A stretch of 64,000 bases of DNA, taken from NCBI GenBank assembly GCA_965198675.1, contig OZ240666.1:2656666-2720665 (forward strand), in the 5' to 3' direction. This DNA comes from Prochloron sp. Its GTDB lineage: Bacteria > Cyanobacteriota > Cyanobacteriia > Cyanobacteriales > Prochloraceae. Shown here piece after piece: positions 48,301 through 56,740 of the stretch. Every line of letters begins with the position of its first letter. The first letter of the stretch is position 1. Both the position numbers and the translations under genes were made by a program. The notes below the pieces were generated by a model. That model did not search any database. It was not told where the DNA came from and saw nothing but the letters and a program-made list of their open reading frames with translations.

Positions 48301-51300
48301 GTGGAACGCCGCAGTCCTACCCGCTTTCTGTGCAGCCTCTTCGGCGTAAATAACATTTACCCAGCGATATTGGTAGTAGGTGAAAATATCCATAGTACTA
48401 TCTCCATTAGCTTTTTGTTCTTCTACAGTAATCTTGATTTTCGCGCCATAGAGTTCATCTCGCGTCAAATTGACAAACCCACCGGGACCAAACAGCTCAT
48501 CGTAGGTTTTCGTCTGGAAACCAAATTTCTCAGTTTTTCCTGAACCTGCTTCCAGGGTATATGTCTTAGTTTGAAGTTTTACCCCATCAATAACAGGTTT
48601 CGCGAACTTATCCAGGGGACCATCTATTTCAATAGAAACCTTGATAAATGGCTCCGTATCATTCTTACAACGAGACGAGGAACTAGAACCAGAAGGAGCA
48701 CTCCAGGACATGGTTGAAAAATTAGTAGCACTTTCCCCGGCGATGAAATTAAGAGCTACGGGGTCATGTACAGTCGGAGGCTGTCGGTTAGGTGTTCCTG
48801 AATTATCACATGGTGGAGGAGGTGGGTCACCACCACCATCTCCTGCTTCATTAACAAAATGCCAACCAGGAGCCAAAATCCCCGTCCCCGGATCCGACAC
48901 AATACTCAAACCATCCTCACTCACTGTACCAGTTCCCACAACCTCCCACTCCCCACTATCATGATTAAAGGAGAACAGCAAACACTTCGCTCCCGGAGCC
49001 AACCCCTCCAAGTTCGGGAAAGTCACCGGAGCAGGTACGTCAAAATTAGTCGCCCCTGGAGCCTGGATGGAAATCACCAACCGAGGGTTCAAATGGGGTG
49101 GTAAAGGAGCAGGTAACCTCTCCGGATTCACCGGAATAATCGTCGCCGTCGTCGCCACATTCCCCGCCTCATCCTGAGCCGAACCCGCAGGGAACGTCAC
49201 CTCCAAAAGTTCCCAAGTACTCCCTTCCACCTCCGGGAACATCGCCTGTAACTGCGCCACACCAGCAGTGCCAAACCCTACCTCCGTATCCTCCGTCGCC
49301 GACAACTCCTGAATATCCCCGTCAGCCATAGTAGGGAGGAAGATATCAAATATCTCCCCATGGTGATTCAGTTGAACTTCCTGACCCGGCACACTTTCAA
49401 ATATCTTACCTACCGTAGCATAACTTGTCCCGGAAGGAGCATTAGTTGTCGTGCCCCCATCAATATGTACAGCAAACAAAGGTGCAGGTACATTCTCCAA
49501 CCGGAAGAACCCCTCAGAATCCGTCACTGCAACCACTTTTGGCAAAGCATCCACCCGCACCGTAGCCCCTACTATCGGAACATTGTTCCCTTCCTCATCC
49601 AAATTCAAGAAATCATAAACATAACCTGTAACATTAGTATCCTCAATTTGAGTCAGGGGCAGAGTACTAAAATCAGCCGTCAGAGTTCCCCCAGGAGTCC
49701 CATCCCCATCAGCATCTAGAGCTACCCCATCCAGCCCCATAATCTCATCCCCCAATACTGTTACCCTTACTGATGTGGAAGCAGGTAGGGCTGTATCAGA
49801 GAAGAAAGTAGCAAACTCTCTCGTACTAGAAACCGCAATTCTTCCTGCTACCGGTTCCCCATTCGCAATAATTTCAAAAGTATTCTCATTAACCGTAGTA
49901 GGGTCCACCTTTTTCCCAAACCGCACCACAGGGTTTTGGTTCAAACTAACCATTTCGGACCCTGAAGTGGGAGATATTTCTACAGAGGCACCGATAACTG
50001 TAAAATCTAAAACAACCGTATCATTTATTACATTCCCAGCCAAGTCAGAAACCCCAGTTATACTTAGCTGGTAGTTCCCTGCATTTAAACGAGTACCTAA
50101 ATTGAGCTGTCGTAAACTGGAATTAATTTCCTCCACACTCTCCACAGGAATAACTTCTTCCCCCAAAGTGAGGGTATAATTCCCCACTTCCAACCCAGAA
50201 ACTGCCTCACTATAACTCACCTCAATAACCGTAGAAGTAGTGTCCAGGGAATTAGCTATAATTGCTGTGGGAGCTGTGGTATCTAGGGTAAAGGATACAG
50301 AAATCTGACTCAAATTCCCCGCACCATCCGTCGCCACCAAAATCAAGGAATATTCTCCATCGGACAACGTTCCCCCATTTAGTTGTCCTAACCGTTGCTG
50401 CTCCAAGACAAAACTGCCATCAACTTGCAACAGATCCGAGACATCAACCAGTCCTTCAGTACCATTCAAACTAGCCTGAAGACTCACTACCTTCGTATCA
50501 TCACTCACCTGACCCCCAATCCTGACATCCATTGTCATGCCATCGGCGACCTTGCTTCCCGTATCATTCAATAACGCTGCCGTAATTTGGGGTGGGGACC
50601 AAAAATTGAGGATTTGTTGTCCTAAAGTTGTATTTTCCCAAGCCCTATGGGGCACAATGAGCTGACTGTGCAGAGTTGCACTCCCACTGATGCCCTGAAT
50701 TTGAAAGATTAAGTCATTGAAGTCTCGATCCGACCCAAAGTCTCTTCTCAAATCCTCAAACCCAAAAGTTAATCTGTTCTCCCGCAGTTGACCAAACTGC
50801 TCTGCACCCCTTGGATTAGCTGCGGCTATGGAAAACAAGGGTCGCTTATCTCCTTCAATAGTGGGATTATCAAAAACTTCTTGTATCGTGCCATTGGGTA
50901 CTAACATCACGACCACTTCATCTGACGGGGTTAGGGCAAAGGTCCTAATTCCCTTATAATTCAGCTCAGCTTCTCCTAACCTACCACTGAATCGAGCACC
51001 TTCTGTAAAGTCAGAAAACACCAGGTAGCCCAATTCAGAATTACTCAGAGCACGACGAGCCGCTTCCTGGATAAAGTTAGAAGAGCCTCTTTCCAAATCT
51101 TCCATTCCAGTCAAACTAACGATGGCTAATTCTCCCCGATAACCCCCTGAATCTGCCAGCAGATCGAACCTCAATTGCCCATCTTCCCCTACTGTAAAAA
51201 CCCCTGGTTCATTGCTAGCCTTTTCTATGAGGATATTCTGAGATGGTGCCACCACCACCATACCATGGTCATTTTCCCCTTTCAGAGCAGTTAACTCTCC

Positions 51301-51840
51301 ATCCTCCATAAGCTCACCCTGCACCAGCTTGGCCAAAATCGCCCCTTCATCTCCCGGTGCATCACCATGGGGATTGAACCAAGCATCCAAATAATGCCCC
51401 ATTTCTTCGAGAACCACAGCAACAGCTTTCTCAAAATTGGCTGGGTTAGGATTCAGCAAGTCATCCCGTAAATAAATGGTGTTGACCTCCACTCCAAACC
51501 CACCTAGAGGAGCGAATTTCTCCGCTGGAAGAACCTCAATCCTGGGCCATGAAACACCAGTGAGCACGTCTTTTACTAATGCTTGAGCAACTCCCACATC
51601 AATCCTCGACCCAAACGCTAGCTCCATCCCCTCCTGGAATTGAGGGGACTGACTAAATTGCCCGAGCCGAATCTTTGCGGACTCAATAACTAAAGCCAGC
51701 TGTGATTCCTCGTCCCAGAAGCTAGACGGTGAGTGTATCCCTGACAATCTTCCCAAATTTAGCACTGGATCAAGAGTAATTAAAGGGTTTACTGGTAAAG
51801 GGCTATCAATTTCGTTGGGGTCTGTATTGAGGTCAAACAT
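45343..51840 (-). CDS. N-terminal 2,165 aa of a giant multidomain surface protein
   Basis: From N- to C-terminus it contains a DUF4114-like region (..FGFEDLRRDFGSDRDFNDLIFQIQG), Ig-like domains, and a CarboxypepD_reg-like segment (TGYVYD..VGATVRVD..TDSEGFFRLENVP). These are followed by an HELAH metalloprotease-like motif and two choice-of-anchor-D/HYDIN-like modules. The protein ends with TSP3-type Asp-rich repeats (DSDGDGLPDD..DTDKDGIDD) and LVIVD repeats (..GLAIIDAS.., LQIVDISDP, HTIDISDP). Confidence 0.7.
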   Translation of the reverse strand: MFDLNTDPNEIDSPLPVNPLITLDPVLNLGRLSGIHSPSSFWDEESQLALVIESAKIRLGQFSQSPQFQEGMELAFGSRIDVGVAQALVKDVLTGVSWPRIEVLPAEKFAPLGGFGVEVNTIYLRDDLLNPNPANFEKAVAVVLEEMGHYLDAWFNPHGDAPGDEGAILAKLVQGELMEDGELTALKGENDHGMVVVAPSQNILIEKASNEPGVFTVGEDGQLRFDLLADSGGYRGELAIVSLTGMEDLERGSSNFIQEAARRALSNSELGYLVFSDFTEGARFSGRLGEAELNYKGIRTFALTPSDEVVVMLVPNGTIQEVFDNPTIEGDKRPLFSIAAANPRGAEQFGQLRENRLTFGFEDLRRDFGSDRDFNDLIFQIQGISGSATLHSQLIVPHRAWENTTLGQQILNFWSPPQITAALLNDTGSKVADGMTMDVRIGGQVSDDTKVVSLQASLNGTEGLVDVSDLLQVDGSFVLEQQRLGQLNGGTLSDGEYSLILVATDGAGNLSQISVSFTLDTTAPTAIIANSLDTTSTVIEVSYSEAVSGLEVGNYTLTLGEEVIPVESVEEINSSLRQLNLGTRLNAGNYQLSITGVSDLAGNVINDTVVLDFTVIGASVEISPTSGSEMVSLNQNPVVRFGKKVDPTTVNENTFEIIANGEPVAGRIAVSSTREFATFFSDTALPASTSVRVTVLGDEIMGLDGVALDADGDGTPGGTLTADFSTLPLTQIEDTNVTGYVYDFLNLDEEGNNVPIVGATVRVDALPKVVAVTDSEGFFRLENVPAPLFAVHIDGGTTTNAPSGTSYATVGKIFESVPGQEVQLNHHGEIFDIFLPTMADGDIQELSATEDTEVGFGTAGVAQLQAMFPEVEGSTWELLEVTFPAGSAQDEAGNVATTATIIPVNPERLPAPLPPHLNPRLVISIQAPGATNFDVPAPVTFPNLEGLAPGAKCLLFSFNHDSGEWEVVGTGTVSEDGLSIVSDPGTGILAPGWHFVNEAGDGGGDPPPPPCDNSGTPNRQPPTVHDPVALNFIAGESATNFSTMSWSAPSGSSSSSRCKNDTEPFIKVSIEIDGPLDKFAKPVIDGVKLQTKTYTLEAGSGKTEKFGFQTKTYDELFGPGGFVNLTRDELYGAKIKITVEEQKANGDSTMDIFTYYQYRWVNVIYAEEAAQKAGRTAAFHRTLTDGFERTKNVNYDLPESEKTTFDVRLSVFDLGKPISGRGEAVWKFDPSSSVTYAGTINIEVDTPDSSSDIEVGEIVTQATSTAPTKIDLNLEGYKAELKVVLLTLERLEGPDEEILTADDVFKYRFVNGSILETSNQFKTHFAGFLPGDDYTDEQLNRKLTEEANALFEAVDSTYSAVNQGTGVTGYKIGKFSESDIKITWEDSFSDPTIGLNTTGMGRIIGGFAESDADKLRLERLLPSTVPISNAAKQWVLAESLNQRQINKANLSVGVNVDWTSQATFAQLVAQAVSHELAHTFCLSNAYFVDAQEVPSNVKPNDIMGFLGKYDDTPTAFEDSHIDLLRAALGMHSNGDKPLTEALQLYKKNLNLPNSQVGLIPVPDPNRRYPRIRVKFGNHSLFPRKVSTGPIAADGLGGANHTIDLVLTNSGNIVPLIINSITLADGAQGFSILAPETIDKNLAPREKTTLRIQFDPTKVGTFTDTLIISSNDELDPIYEIKLNGIGISPTPSPEVSISENSNNNFGGVPVEGETAHISEVVTITNHGAQPLTITGFRILEGEDAFTMTSSLDNPVSLNFGESFTFGDFKFDPNTVGLDRAIVEILTNAPHNPRFSLVGTSLDEVVYPEWRNDFIAVEFPELPNPFELRTVSDDAGIYKFFLPAETRYYVVIFDPVTGLVGSHGGNLPPSGGRVSFTGTMVFHGSYEEDSDGDGLPDDVEFAIGSSPNSSDTDKDGIDDFQEIQQGLDPLTDVGFPTGIIASLPLQGEAKAVVVEGDTGSESGQTAYVATGSHGLAIIDASKFNNPIIQGQLSLPGDATDVAVDTKLKIAAVATNSGGLQIVDISDPMVPTLRRTINFNANQVEIFDGIVYATAGTSLRAIDLLTGAELDNATLPGSGTVTGLAREGTKLYSYTSGSDTFSIIDITDPTESTILGQLNVRIASSEVGVFAANGVAYLAGSGMHTIDISDPNQPTLISMHISFLPLGM

Positions 51841-51923
51841 CCCATAGGTTTAGTAAACTTGGCTTCAACTATATTGACCTGATGCCCTGAGTGTCAATGG
51901 TTTTGTTACAAATCTTAACAATA

Positions 51924-52409
51924 CTAACATTGTGTTACCCCAAGTACAGCCCCCAAAACTGCTCCCACCATTGCTCCCACCACAGCTCTCTCAATAAAAT
52001 CTCCTCCACCTCCCCCCAAAGCAACGATTACAACTCCCCCAAAGCTACCTCCCGCAGCCCCTCCAACAATAGTAGCTGGTATCCACCAACGAATTCGGAT
52101 AATCTGCCTTCTGAGTACTAACCATTGTGCAAACCCAAGTATAGCGCCTCCAAAAGCGCCTCCAAAAGCGCCTCCTATAGCATAGCGTACAGTTTGGCTC
52201 AAAGCATTACGTACAGGTTCTGTCAAAGCATTGCGCACAAAATCGTTCGTAACATAGCGCTCAGGATCGTTGACAGCATAGCGCAAATTATCGTTTACAC
52301 AATCCCCCACCGCTAATAACACCAATAATCCCATAATTACCCCTACGGCATTAGCAAGTACCCACTGCTGCCAAAATCGGAGTCTCACAACCCTTTGCCT
52401 CTTAGTCAT
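51924..52409 (-). CDS. glycine-zipper membrane protein, unknown function
   Basis: MTKRQRVVRLRFWQQWVLANAVGVIMGLLVLLAVG is followed by short degenerate repeats (LRYAVND, ERYVTND, VRNALTE, VRNALSQ, VRYAIGG) and Gly-rich helices (GGAFGGAFGGAILG, GGAAGGSFGGVVIVALGGGGG). Confidence 0.45.
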   Translation of the reverse strand: MTKRQRVVRLRFWQQWVLANAVGVIMGLLVLLAVGDCVNDNLRYAVNDPERYVTNDFVRNALTEPVRNALSQTVRYAIGGAFGGAFGGAILGFAQWLVLRRQIIRIRWWIPATIVGGAAGGSFGGVVIVALGGGGGDFIERAVVGAMVGAVLGAVLGVTQC

Positions 52410-52427
52410 TGTTTTCGCTCCTTTTTC

Positions 52428-52597
52428 ATTATATAGCAGTCGCCAAGGCGATTGATACACCCAGGGTGACCCACCCCTCTGCTCTCCTCCCAGGAGGGGA
52501 TGGGGGTGGGTTAGCTCGAAACGTTAGAACCCTTACCTGTCAGCAATTTTCCAAGCATCCTACCTGTCAAACTCATAACTGGTAACTGGTCACTGGT
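52428..52597. repeat. about 165-bp dispersed MITE-like element, copy 2
   Basis: It is collinear with 36311-36470, including the internal GGGTGGG palindrome at 52468-52511 and the terminal ACTCATAACTGGTAACTGG. Confidence 0.75.
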
Positions 52598-52658
52598 ATG
52601 GTACGTGCTATATGTATTCTAGCAAATTAGAGCAACTCGTGCTTGGAGGATTTTTATC

Positions 52659-53537
52659 ATGGGATTTGTTATTAGTACAGTGAATATGAAAGGTGGTGTG
52701 GGGAAAACCACTCTCACGGTCAACTTAGCAACAAGTCTTGCCAAAAATCACGGTAAACGAGTCCTAGTCATAGATTTAGACTCCCAAATTAACGGGACTC
52801 TCAGTTTAATGTCCCCCCATGAATTTGCCAAAATGAGAAAAGCAAAATCTACTCTCAGTTATCTCATGGACTCTTTGATTAAATCAAGTGTTCCAACAGA
52901 CAAGGAACTAGAGCAATTTATTTGTCAGAATGTCTGTGAAGTGAAAGGAATGGATGTGTTACCGGGAGACCTGGAACTGTACGATGAGTATTTAGTGTCG
53001 GAAATGCTCCACAAACAGGCTATTTCCCAACCTGATACTAATTTTAACGCAATTTGGCAGCAACTTGAAGGGGGATTGATATCCACCCTCCTCAAACCAT
53101 TGCGTCTCCTGTACGATTTTATCATCATGGATTGCCCTCCGGGTTACAATTTGTTAACTCGTAGTGGTATTGCTGCCAGCGATTTTTACTTACTTCCAGC
53201 TCGTCCTGAACCTTTATCCATTGTCGGTATTCAATTACTGGAAAGACGTATTAAGAAACTGAAACAAAATCATGAAAATACAAACCTCAAATTATTGGGA
53301 ATAGTTTTCATTCTCTCAGGTAGTACTCTCTTCAATCGTTATTATAAACAAGTAATGAAGCGAATAACTGAAGATTTTACCCCGGAGGTACTCTTCCAAA
53401 ACTCCATTCCTATGGATGTGAATGTTGCTAAAGCGGTGGATAGTTTTCGGCCAGTAGTGCTATCTAAACCTAATTCATCGGGGGCAAAAGCTTTTACTAT
53501 GTTAACTCAAGAGTTGTTAACTAAGTTAGCTAATTAG
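52659..53537 (+). CDS. ParA/MinD-family P-loop ATPase (orphan)
   Basis: The deviant Walker A NMKGGVGKTTLTVNLA, VLVIDLDSQ and Walker B-like FIIMDCPPG are present. No partner parB-like ORF lies downstream. Confidence 0.7.
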   Translation: MGFVISTVNMKGGVGKTTLTVNLATSLAKNHGKRVLVIDLDSQINGTLSLMSPHEFAKMRKAKSTLSYLMDSLIKSSVPTDKELEQFICQNVCEVKGMDVLPGDLELYDEYLVSEMLHKQAISQPDTNFNAIWQQLEGGLISTLLKPLRLLYDFIIMDCPPGYNLLTRSGIAASDFYLLPARPEPLSIVGIQLLERRIKKLKQNHENTNLKLLGIVFILSGSTLFNRYYKQVMKRITEDFTPEVLFQNSIPMDVNVAKAVDSFRPVVLSKPNSSGAKAFTMLTQELLTKLAN

Positions 53538-53651
53538 TTATTATAGCAATGTATGTGGGCTCGGTATTTACATTCGTAGGTTGGGTTGAGGCACTCTCCC
53601 CAACAGCGCCAACCCGTGTTGGGTAACGCTGGCGCTCTACCCAACCTACAC

Positions 53652-54023
53652 CTAGAAGAAATCTAAATCTAATGCTTTTGAGCCACCTTTTTGGAACTCT
53701 ACTAACAGTTTACCTAGTTGAGTCCAAATGAGAGCCGCAATGAAAATAGTCGTTATCAAGGATACTCCATAGGAAAACCAGGGAGTAATGCTAAAAATCT
53801 CTAAACCAGTGGCTAAAAAGATCCAAATACCAAGGCAAGTACCCAGGAATGGTAACTTAAATTCTATCCCCTGCATTTCATCCAAGATTGATAGGGAAGG
53901 TGTTTGAAGACCTTTACGTACTTTTTGCTCTAGAATGGCTTTAAAGGCTAAGCCACAGGTGAGAGAGATAAATAAACCGACAAGAATTAACAAGTAGGGT
54001 GGTTGTGGTAAATAGTAATACAT
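53652..54023 (-). CDS. small membrane protein, unknown function
   Basis: 123-aa ORF with three or four hydrophobic helices. Confidence 0.4.
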   Translation of the reverse strand: MYYYLPQPPYLLILVGLFISLTCGLAFKAILEQKVRKGLQTPSLSILDEMQGIEFKLPFLGTCLGIWIFLATGLEIFSITPWFSYGVSLITTIFIAALIWTQLGKLLVEFQKGGSKALDLDFF

Positions 54024-54071
54024 GGTTGTTTTAACCGCAGATGAACACAGATGAACGCTGATAAATACAGA

Positions 54072-55739
54072 TTATACCTGTAAGGCACTCAGAGCAACAT
54101 TAAATAAGTGTTGAGGTCTGAAGTCGTCTTTTACTAAGGTCCAAAGACGTTGCACTTCCTCTGTATGCAGTCTATCATCTTCAATTAATGCTAGGATTAC
54201 TTGACGGCGCAAATACTCACCTTCTTTAGAGAGGAGGTATTGGAAACCGAGCTGGGCAGTAGGTAAGATATTGAAGCCGGACTCAGAACGGGCGATGGCC
54301 ATCATGTTTTCTAAGCGCTGCCATTGGAATTTGCCGTCCTTAAATAACACCTCTAGCAAACGACGTCGCATTTGTTCCGACTCTCCGGTTAACAGACGAC
54401 GGGATACATAAGGATAGGCAATTTCGACGATTTTGAAATTGGGATTGAGACTTAAGGCTAATCCTTCTTGGGTGACTAAAGAACGGATAATCAGGGCAAA
54501 TTTAGCGGGTACCCGGAAAGGATATTCATACATTAACCCGGAAAAGCGCTCGGTAATAGTTTTGAAGTTGAAGTCCCCGACCTTTTCGCTGATAGCATTG
54601 CCCAATACTTCTTCTAAAGCGGGAATAATGGGTTTAATATCTGTATCGGGGGTTAAAAAGCCCAGTTTGACGAAATCATCCCCTAAAGCTGAATAGTCCT
54701 GATTAATGAGCTGGACTACGGAACTGACTAGAGTTTCTTTCGTATCTTCCTCTAGTTGATCCATCATGCCAAAGTCAATATAAGCCATACGACCGTCAGG
54801 AGTGGCGAAGAGGTTCCCAGGGTGGGGATCGGCGTGGAAAAACCCGTGTTCTAAGAGTTGGCGCAATCCTGAGGTGACCCCGATCCTGACAATTGCATCC
54901 GGATCTACCCCTGCGGCTTTGATATTTTCTGTATCCGTCAGTTTGAAACCGTTAATCCACTCTAAAGTGAGGACGCGATGACTGGTGTATTCCCAGTAAA
55001 TGCGGGGAACTTTAACTTCAGGGTCGTTTTGGAAGTTAGCAGCAAATCTTTGGGCGTTTTCTCCTTCGTGGAGATAGTCGATTTCTTCAAATAACTTAGT
55101 TCCGAACTCGTCCACAATGAGGGTGAGGTCGTGACCTAAGTTTAGGGGGAGCCAGGGGGCGAACAATTTAGCACCCCAGCGCATTAAATAGAGGTCCAGG
55201 GTGAGAATAGGGCGCAAGTTAGGACGCTGTACTTTTACCGCTACTTCTTCTCCCGTATGGAGCACAGCGCGGTAGACTTGACCGAGACTGGCGGCAGCTA
55301 CTGGTTGAGGGTAAATTTGCTTATAAATCCAGTCGGTGGGACAGTTTAAGTCTGTTTCCAGAATAGCAAAGGCCGTGACTGTATCGAAGGGGGGTAACTG
55401 GTCTTGGAGTTTAATCAGTTCGTTCAGAAAGTCCTGGGGAATTAGATCTGGTCTGGTGGAGAGAGCCTGTCCTACTTTGATAAAGGTAGGTCCAAGACGA
55501 GTGAGGATTTCTCGCAATTCCCTGGCTCGTTGAAATTTATTGGCTTCGCTTTGAGAGAGCCATTTGTCCCACTGGAGGTGGAGGATAAAGGTGGTAAAGT
55601 ACCAGAGGATGGTCAAGGTTCGCCAGATTACTTGCCAAGGTCGTCTGCGGCTGTAACGGGCGATAGCTTCTGGATCGTAGCGTCTGAAACCCATTGGGTT
55701 GGGGTACTGGTCTGAATACACCGTTGAATGTTGACTCAC
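54072..55739 (-). CDS. ABC1/AarF/UbiB atypical kinase family protein
   Basis: LGPTFIKVGQALSTRPDLIPQDFLNELIKLQDQLPPF, AAASLGQVYRA, EVAVKVQRP, FFHADPHPGNL and YIDFGMM are present. Confidence 0.88.
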   Translation of the reverse strand: MSQHSTVYSDQYPNPMGFRRYDPEAIARYSRRRPWQVIWRTLTILWYFTTFILHLQWDKWLSQSEANKFQRARELREILTRLGPTFIKVGQALSTRPDLIPQDFLNELIKLQDQLPPFDTVTAFAILETDLNCPTDWIYKQIYPQPVAAASLGQVYRAVLHTGEEVAVKVQRPNLRPILTLDLYLMRWGAKLFAPWLPLNLGHDLTLIVDEFGTKLFEEIDYLHEGENAQRFAANFQNDPEVKVPRIYWEYTSHRVLTLEWINGFKLTDTENIKAAGVDPDAIVRIGVTSGLRQLLEHGFFHADPHPGNLFATPDGRMAYIDFGMMDQLEEDTKETLVSSVVQLINQDYSALGDDFVKLGFLTPDTDIKPIIPALEEVLGNAISEKVGDFNFKTITERFSGLMYEYPFRVPAKFALIIRSLVTQEGLALSLNPNFKIVEIAYPYVSRRLLTGESEQMRRRLLEVLFKDGKFQWQRLENMMAIARSESGFNILPTAQLGFQYLLSKEGEYLRRQVILALIEDDRLHTEEVQRLWTLVKDDFRPQHLFNVALSALQV

Positions 55740-56304
55740 TCTTTTTTGCTGCTTTTAAATTAAGCGCTGCATTTGACACTCCCACGGCTTCGCTATTGCG
55801 GTCATCTGTGGGATTCTCTAACTATCTAGCTGTGAGCTGTGCAACCTAGCGGGCACCATATCCCCAAGCGTATTTTTACCCTGTTTCCGAGTGCCCCTCG
55901 GTACAGCATTTGAAACCTAAAAATCAATGGTCGCTGGTAGTTCGGTACCCCCCCCCGTAGCCCCCTCCCGGTCTCCCCCTGGGGGGAGTAGAGGGGGGTT
56001 GGGGGGAGTAGAGGGGGGTTTCTCTCACGCCAAATCAAAGATTATGGCGTTCCGCTCCTGCCGCTTTAGCTAAAAGACCGCCCACCCTGGGGATTCAAGC
56101 CAGATATACGTTAGCATGAATGTTGAAATTGTGTCAAGATTTTTTTGACGGAGCAGCTCTAGCCGCACTGCGCTACATCCCACCCGCCCCGCTTGCGGCG
56201 CCCTTGGCACCAAAGAGGTGGGTTTTGCGCCCGATTCTATAAAAATATACATTGCTGAATGTTATACTCCCCAATAGGGAAATGGCAAACCCCTGTTGGG
56301 AGTC

Positions 56305-56661
56305 TTATTCTTCGTAGAGCATGCTTTCTAGGCACTCAAAGCCCACTTCCAGAAAATTATCCACTACTTCTGGTTCGTTTTCGTCCGCTTGTTGGCGGAG
56401 TTGGACAAACTCGTCCACGGTATATTGAGCTTGAAACTTAGCGATGGTGCAGCTACATAATTCTGGTGCCATTTCTGGGGGTAAACCTCTGGTGGCTGCC
56501 TTTTTCGTACAGCTATTCATGTAGTCGGCGACGAATTCTTGGGGGTAATCGGAGGCATTGCCTAAGGTTGCCGATTGCTTTGGTTCTGTTTCAGCCCATG
56601 TTGGGGTAAGTCCTAAGATGGTGGATAATAAGAGGGTTGTTAAGAGGAATGTTGTTTTCAT
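56305..56661 (-). CDS. secreted Cys-containing small protein, unknown function
   Basis: It has a signal peptide (MKTTFLLTTLLLSTILGLTPTWA), four Cys residues and an acidic C-terminus. Confidence 0.45.
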   Translation of the reverse strand: MKTTFLLTTLLLSTILGLTPTWAETEPKQSATLGNASDYPQEFVADYMNSCTKKAATRGLPPEMAPELCSCTIAKFQAQYTVDEFVQLRQQADENEPEVVDNFLEVGFECLESMLYEE

Positions 56662-56740
56662 TTGGTTACTTTACCATGTCGATTATTCTTGACTCCCTGT
56701 TAGGGGGAAAAGTTCCAATCAAGCGTCCCAGCTGACATTA

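Noticed and set aside
43248-50074. Numerous 60-120 aa plus-strand ORFs inside the giant minus-strand gene, and similar antisense ORFs in the lpxB-like gene, mnmG, dnaN, hisA, cobL and others
   Set aside because: They are antisense to long genes with clear domain content. In the FG-GAP region they repeat with the same period as the sense repeats. These are shadow ORFs.
52659-53537. ParA-like ATPase as the carboxysome-positioning protein McdA
   Set aside because: No small McdB-like ORF follows it, since only dispersed repeats lie at 53538-53650. No carboxysome genes are nearby.
55780-55930. Possible riboswitch or sRNA in the leader of the ABC1 kinase gene (minus strand)
   Set aside because: I recognised no known riboswitch core motif (TPP, cobalamin, glutamine, guanidine). 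The region is adjacent to dispersed repeats.
56156-56181. tRNA-like sequence on the minus strand (GGGATGTAGCGCAGTGCGGCTAGAGC)
   Set aside because: It resembles an acceptor plus D-arm, but I can fold no anticodon stem, T-arm (GTTCxAxTC) or 3' acceptor strand downstream. It is probably a fragment or a chance match.
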